A DNA stretch of 63,688 bases, filler included, from Octopus bimaculoides (lineage: Eukaryota): the NCBI RefSeq assembly GCF_001194135.2. It is 6 parts of 6 records of this genome, joined end to end, with 100 filler letters (N's around TTAATTAATTAA, not from the genome) between each part and the next. Parts side by side here need not be neighbours in the genome. Positions count along the whole stretch, not along the records: positions 57,207 to 61,739 come from NW_026379956.1; positions 61,840 to 63,688 come from NW_026437219.1; 4 more parts are not named here. The stretch is one strand, 5' to 3'. This document shows, piece by piece, positions 59,230 to 63,688 of the stretch; position 1 is the first letter of the stretch, and each line of letters starts with the position of its first letter. Made by a program: the position numbers and the translations under genes. The notes below the pieces were generated by a model that was not told where the DNA came from, did not search any database, and saw only the letters and a program-made list of their open reading frames with translations.

Positions 59230-60404
59230 GTAACTAAAATCGGTCTTCTGTTATAGTATTTCATTGATGATATATTTCTAAATATGCATTATCTTCGCAT
59301 TGAAAAATTTACGATCCTACACCCGCGTTTCTAAAGATGTATTTCATTGTTTCTGAACGCCTATGAATGGGACTGTCGCACTATTTCATATATAAGGGCT
59401 ATATGAGGGTGTGATACTTGAGAAGGAACATTAAGTGCATGGATGTGCGTGACTTTTTGTATGCATGTGTATATCCCAATATAGTAAAACGCGTGTGTAA
59501 TACGGTATGTATATCCTCTACGGTAATTGTCTCTACATAAACACTGAATAACACCCTTGACTAACACTTCTAGATGTAGACTTAGGAATGGATTAGTGAT
59601 AAACTAATTTTGAAACCTTGTTTTTACTTGTTTCTGTTGTTGCCTTTTTAGTAGTTGTCTTCNNNNNNNNNNNNNNNNNNNNNNNNNNNNNNNNNNNNNN
59701 NNNNNNNNNNNNNNNNNNNNNNNNNNNNNNNNNNNNNNNNNNNNNNNNNNNNNNNNNNNNNNNNNNNNNNNNNNNNNNNNNNNNNNNNNNNNNNNNNNNN
59801 NNNNNNNNNNNNNNNNNNNNNNNNNNNNNNNNNNNNNNNNNNNNNNNNNNNNNNNNNNNNNNNNNNNNNNNNNNNNNNNNNNNNNNNNNNNNNNNNNNNN
59901 NNNNNNNNNNNNNNNNNNNNNNNNNNNNNNNNNNNNNNNNNNNNNNNNNNNNNNNNNNNNNNNNNNNNNNNNNNNNNNNNNNNNNNNNNNNNNNNNNNNN
60001 NNNNNNNNNNNNNNNNNNNNNNNNNNNNNNNNNNNNNNNNNNNNNNNNNNNNNNNNNNNNNNNNNNNNNNNNNNNNNNNNNNNNNNNNNNNNNNNNNNNN
60101 NNNNNNNNNNNNNNNNNNNNNNNNNNNNNNNNNNNNNNNNNNNNNNNNNNNNNNNNNNNNNNNNNNNNNNNNNNNNNNNNNNNNNNNNNNNNNNNNNNNN
60201 NNNNNNNNNNNNNNNNNNNNNNNNNNNNNNNNNNNNNNNNNNNNNNNNNNNNNNNNNNNNNNNNNNNNNNNNNNNNNNNNNNNNNNNNNNNNNNNNNNNN
60301 NNNNNNNNNNNNNNNNNNNNNNNNNNNNNNNNNNNNNNNNNNNNNNNNNNNNNNNNNNNNNNNNNNNNNNNNNNNNNNNNNNNNNNNNNNNNNNNNNNNN
60401 NNNT

Positions 60405-61080
60405 AAGAGACTTGAGATGGAAAGTGGAGATGAAGAATTCCTAAGAAATCGAAAGAAAACAATGTTTTTTAAAGGGGAAAAAGTTGTCTCAGAAGAAGTG
60501 GCAAAAAAGATATTCCACTAGGAGAATAGCAGGGGCAAATTAAACTGTTCTTCCCAATTACCAGGATAAACGAGTTACTAGGATTAGCGTGGGTAGGTTC
60601 TCGCCGAGAAACGAGCCGGAGTAAATATTAGCAGCAATTTTCACTAAAGAAGAGGAAGAAGGCAATGAAGTAGTGAGTTTAATTATGTTAACCCGGACCC
60701 AACAAGTAATTTGGAGTTTGGTGATGTGAAGATTTAATGATGTGAATTAAGCGATGTGAACAGTTAGTGTGAAGTCAGACGACAAAGGACTATATACAGT
60801 GTGAATTTGGCAACGAAGACATCGGTGTAAAGATGCTATGTGACCAGTCGAATTGAACCTGGCGACGAAGAACCACATTACGCAAGACATCCGGCCGGGT
60901 ACGACTACTTCATCCACTTTAATCAAGTTGGCTTGATGGGATGCCCCCACCCCACCCTGTTTTTCCGCTGCTCACTTGACTGTTGGAGTTGTGTTGGTGT
61001 CAGGATGCCGCATTTTGCAACATCATTTCCTAAATTGAAGATGTTTATAGTTACAGTTGTATTAAAGGTGATACTGTTAG
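60405..61080 (+). mobile_element. Older LINE ORF1-like fragment
   Basis: FPNYQDKRVTRISVGRFSPRNEPE*ILAAIF aligns by eye with LPTYMGRRGSRVRVEGIPPEIDVAWIVAAVL at 34439. Confidence 0.5.
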
Positions 61081-61445
61081 ACTAATTAAACTGCAGATAA
61101 TTACGACATCCGCCTAAATTGCCTAACTCTGAAAATGAAAAATTTTAAATAGCCCGGTATGGACGGCATATGAAACTTTTTATTAAAGATGTCATCGCTA
61201 AAATTTAGTCTGTTATCATAAACACGATACCTTTTTCGAAATAAAAACACAATAGTTATAATTCTACAAAATTCTTTAAGCTTAACTGAGCATTTTAGCT
61301 GATCAGTCTGTTCAGTTCAACTGGAAAAATAACCTCGGATGGTTCAACTCTTCCTGAGTATTATTTCAGATTAAATGATTTGCATTATATTGCATTAATN
61401 NNNNNNNNNTTTCAGATTAAATGATTTGCATTATATTGCATTAAT

Positions 61446-61590
61446 CCGTTCTGAGTTCAAATTCCGCCAAAGTCGACTTTGCCTTTCATCCTTTCAGGCT
61501 CGATTAAGTAAGTACCAGTTGCGTACTAGGGTCGATATAACCGACTCACCCTGCTAACAAATTTCGGGCCTTGTTCCTACAATAGAAAAG
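61446..61590 (+). mobile_element. 5'-truncated family A SINE
   Basis: Starts at GTTCTGAGTTCAAATTCC; family body and tail follow. Confidence 0.8.
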
Positions 61591-61920
61591 ATTATATTGC
61601 ATTATAAATTTCAAGTTTCCAGTTTAAATGAAATATTCCAATACTATATTCGATCAATTCAATCGACTTCCCTACACATTTGAGTTGGTCTGAATTAAAC
61701 AGAAATCCGTATATCTGCAGATGGTGAACATACGATATANNNNNNNNNNNNNNNNNNNNNNNNNNNNNNNNNNNNNNNNNNNNTTAATTAATTAANNNNN
61801 NNNNNNNNNNNNNNNNNNNNNNNNNNNNNNNNNNNNNNNTATATATATACGTACAGAAATACAGATAAGCAAATGCACGCACACATACATACACGCACGT
61901 GCACACACACACACACACGT

Positions 61921-61957
<37 letters not shown>

Positions 61958-62461
61958 GAAGTGTATGTGTGTGAGAGAATGTTTCTTTTTTTTTATACTA
62001 TGTGTCCATCCCTAATACCTCATTTACGAAGTTGGGCTTCGCTTACCGCTACACTCCACCACCACCACCGCCGCCGCCGCCAACCCTACGTCAATATCAG
62101 CTGCCATTACATTCCTCTTTAAAATTGTTTATCACACAACAACCACCTCTCGCCCACATTCTTCACTCATGGTACTTGTGACACCATCGGTAGTTTTAAA
62201 CAACGCAGCCCCATTGGGAACTGCATTCTATAACTTATATACATCGTCAGGGACAAATACTTTTATACAATTAGGTATTCTGGAATTCTCATTAAGTTAT
62301 ATAATTAGTATATTTTATCAAACGGATATAATAAAATTTAATTATTCCGTAGTTTTGCTGTGTACTGTGTTGTTTATTATATATTTAGCTTTTATTATTT
62401 ATTATTTATTTAGCTTTTAGCTGTTTTGTTTTTTGTTAGTAATTGTGTTTATATAGAGTAT

Positions 62462-63223
62462 ATGGTTCTCAACCAGGGTTCGTGTGGCCTCTGACAGTGC
62501 GCATAAAATTTTTAGGAGTCCATGTAACAAAATCATAAATCGGGGGCCCACAATCGTATTTTGGACCACTGAAAAAATGTTGCTCTTGATGTGTGTATTG
62601 GTATGCATTACAAGAAGCAGCTAAATTTCTTTCTTCAACGTTTTACATAGTTCAACCTAAGCAAGGGAATATGTGAAAAACAAAACAGGAATTTTGAAAG
62701 AAATTTCTAGAAAACTAGTTTTTCAACATCAAATAANNNNNNNNNNNNNNNNNNNNNNNNNNNNNNNNNNNNNNNNNNNNNNNNNNNNNNNNNNNNNNNN
62801 NNNNNNNNNNNNNNNNNNNNNNNNNNNNNNNNNNNNNNNNNNNNNNNNNNNNNNNNNNNNNNNNNNNNNNNNNNNNNNNNNNNNNNNNNNNNNNNNNNNN
62901 NNNNNNNNNNNNNNNNNNNNNNNNNNNNNNNNNNNNNNNNNNNNNNNNNNNNNNNNNNNNNNNNNNNNNNNNNNNNNNNNNNNNNNNNNNNNNNNNNNNN
63001 NNNNNNNNNNNNNNNNNNNNNNNNNATGGTTCTCAACCAGGGTTCGTGTGGCCTCTGACAGTGCGCATAAAATTTTTAGGAGTCCATGTAACAAAATCAT
63101 AAATCGGGGGCCCACAATCGTATTTTGGACCACTGAAAAAATGTTGCTCTTGATGTGTGTATTGGTATGCATTACAAGAAGCAGCTAAATTTCTTTCTTC
63201 AACGTTTTACATAGTTCAACCTA
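62462..63223 (+). repeat. 198-bp exact duplication across an N gap, containing a degenerate hAT-MITE-like sequence
   Basis: 62462-62659 is identical to 63026-63223; the copies diverge immediately after. Confidence 0.85.
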
Positions 63224-63358
63224 CAGAAGGGAAGACATGACATGAACATAATGAAAACTATGTCCCCCACCTCCAAAAAAACACTGAGATGGTCTTTGGA
63301 TGTGTCCCCAGTGAGGGGGATGTCATGTTGCCCCACATCTTTGAACATAAATAGATAT

Positions 63359-63688
63359 ATCGGCGCAGGAGTAGCTGTGTGGTAAGTAGCTTGCTTACCA
63401 GCCACATGGTTCCGGGTTCATTCCCGCTGTGTGGCACCTTGGGGGCAAGTGTCTTCTATTATAGTTCCGGACTGACCAAAGCCTTGTGAGTGGAATTGGT
63501 AGACGGAAACTGAAAGAAACCCATCGCGCATGTGTATCTGTGCTTGTCCCCCCAACATCGCTTGACAACCGATGCTGGTGTGTTTACGTCCCCGTAACTT
63601 ACCGGTTCGGTAAAAGTGACCGATAGTATAAGTACCAGGCTTACAAAGAATAAGTCCTGGGGGTTGATTTGTTCGACTAAAGGCGGTG
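63359..63688 (+). mobile_element. Family B SINE running off the window end
   Basis: GGCGCAGGAGTAGCTGTGTGG head, GGGTTCATTCCC B-box-like motif, family body. Confidence 0.9.

Noticed and set aside
61366-61445. 35-bp direct repeat around a 10-N gap
   Set aside because: Typical contig-overlap artefact.
1-63688. CRISPR arrays, rRNA genes, prokaryotic operons
   Set aside because: No repeat-spacer arrays, rRNA signatures or gene-dense segments were seen.

Overview
AT-rich, gap-ridden eukaryotic scaffold with no intact host gene. Its SINE families and microsatellite density look like an octopod cephalopod genome (recognition from memory, not verified). Most of the window is simple repeats, N gaps and layered transposable elements: three tRNA-derived SINE families, an RTE-type SINE, Dong/R4 and L1/Tx1 LINE fragments, an ORF1-only HAL1-like element, Penelope-like pieces with minimal hammerhead motifs, an internally deleted Gypsy element, Tc1 and mariner fossils, and several MITEs. 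Most long ORFs in the supplied track are microsatellite or N artefacts. The main unexplained signal is in the unique DNA between the repeats. From about 2.5 kb to 59 kb it repeatedly translates, on the + strand, into decayed leucine-rich-repeat (LRR) peptides. These include two clean 24-residue LRRs that sit in 72-nt exon-like frames with one broken splice site each, and a GNPW motif resembling an LRR C-terminal cap. This suggests a large, ancient, transposon-shredded LRR receptor gene or gene cluster. Frameshift-aware HMM searches are needed to confirm it.
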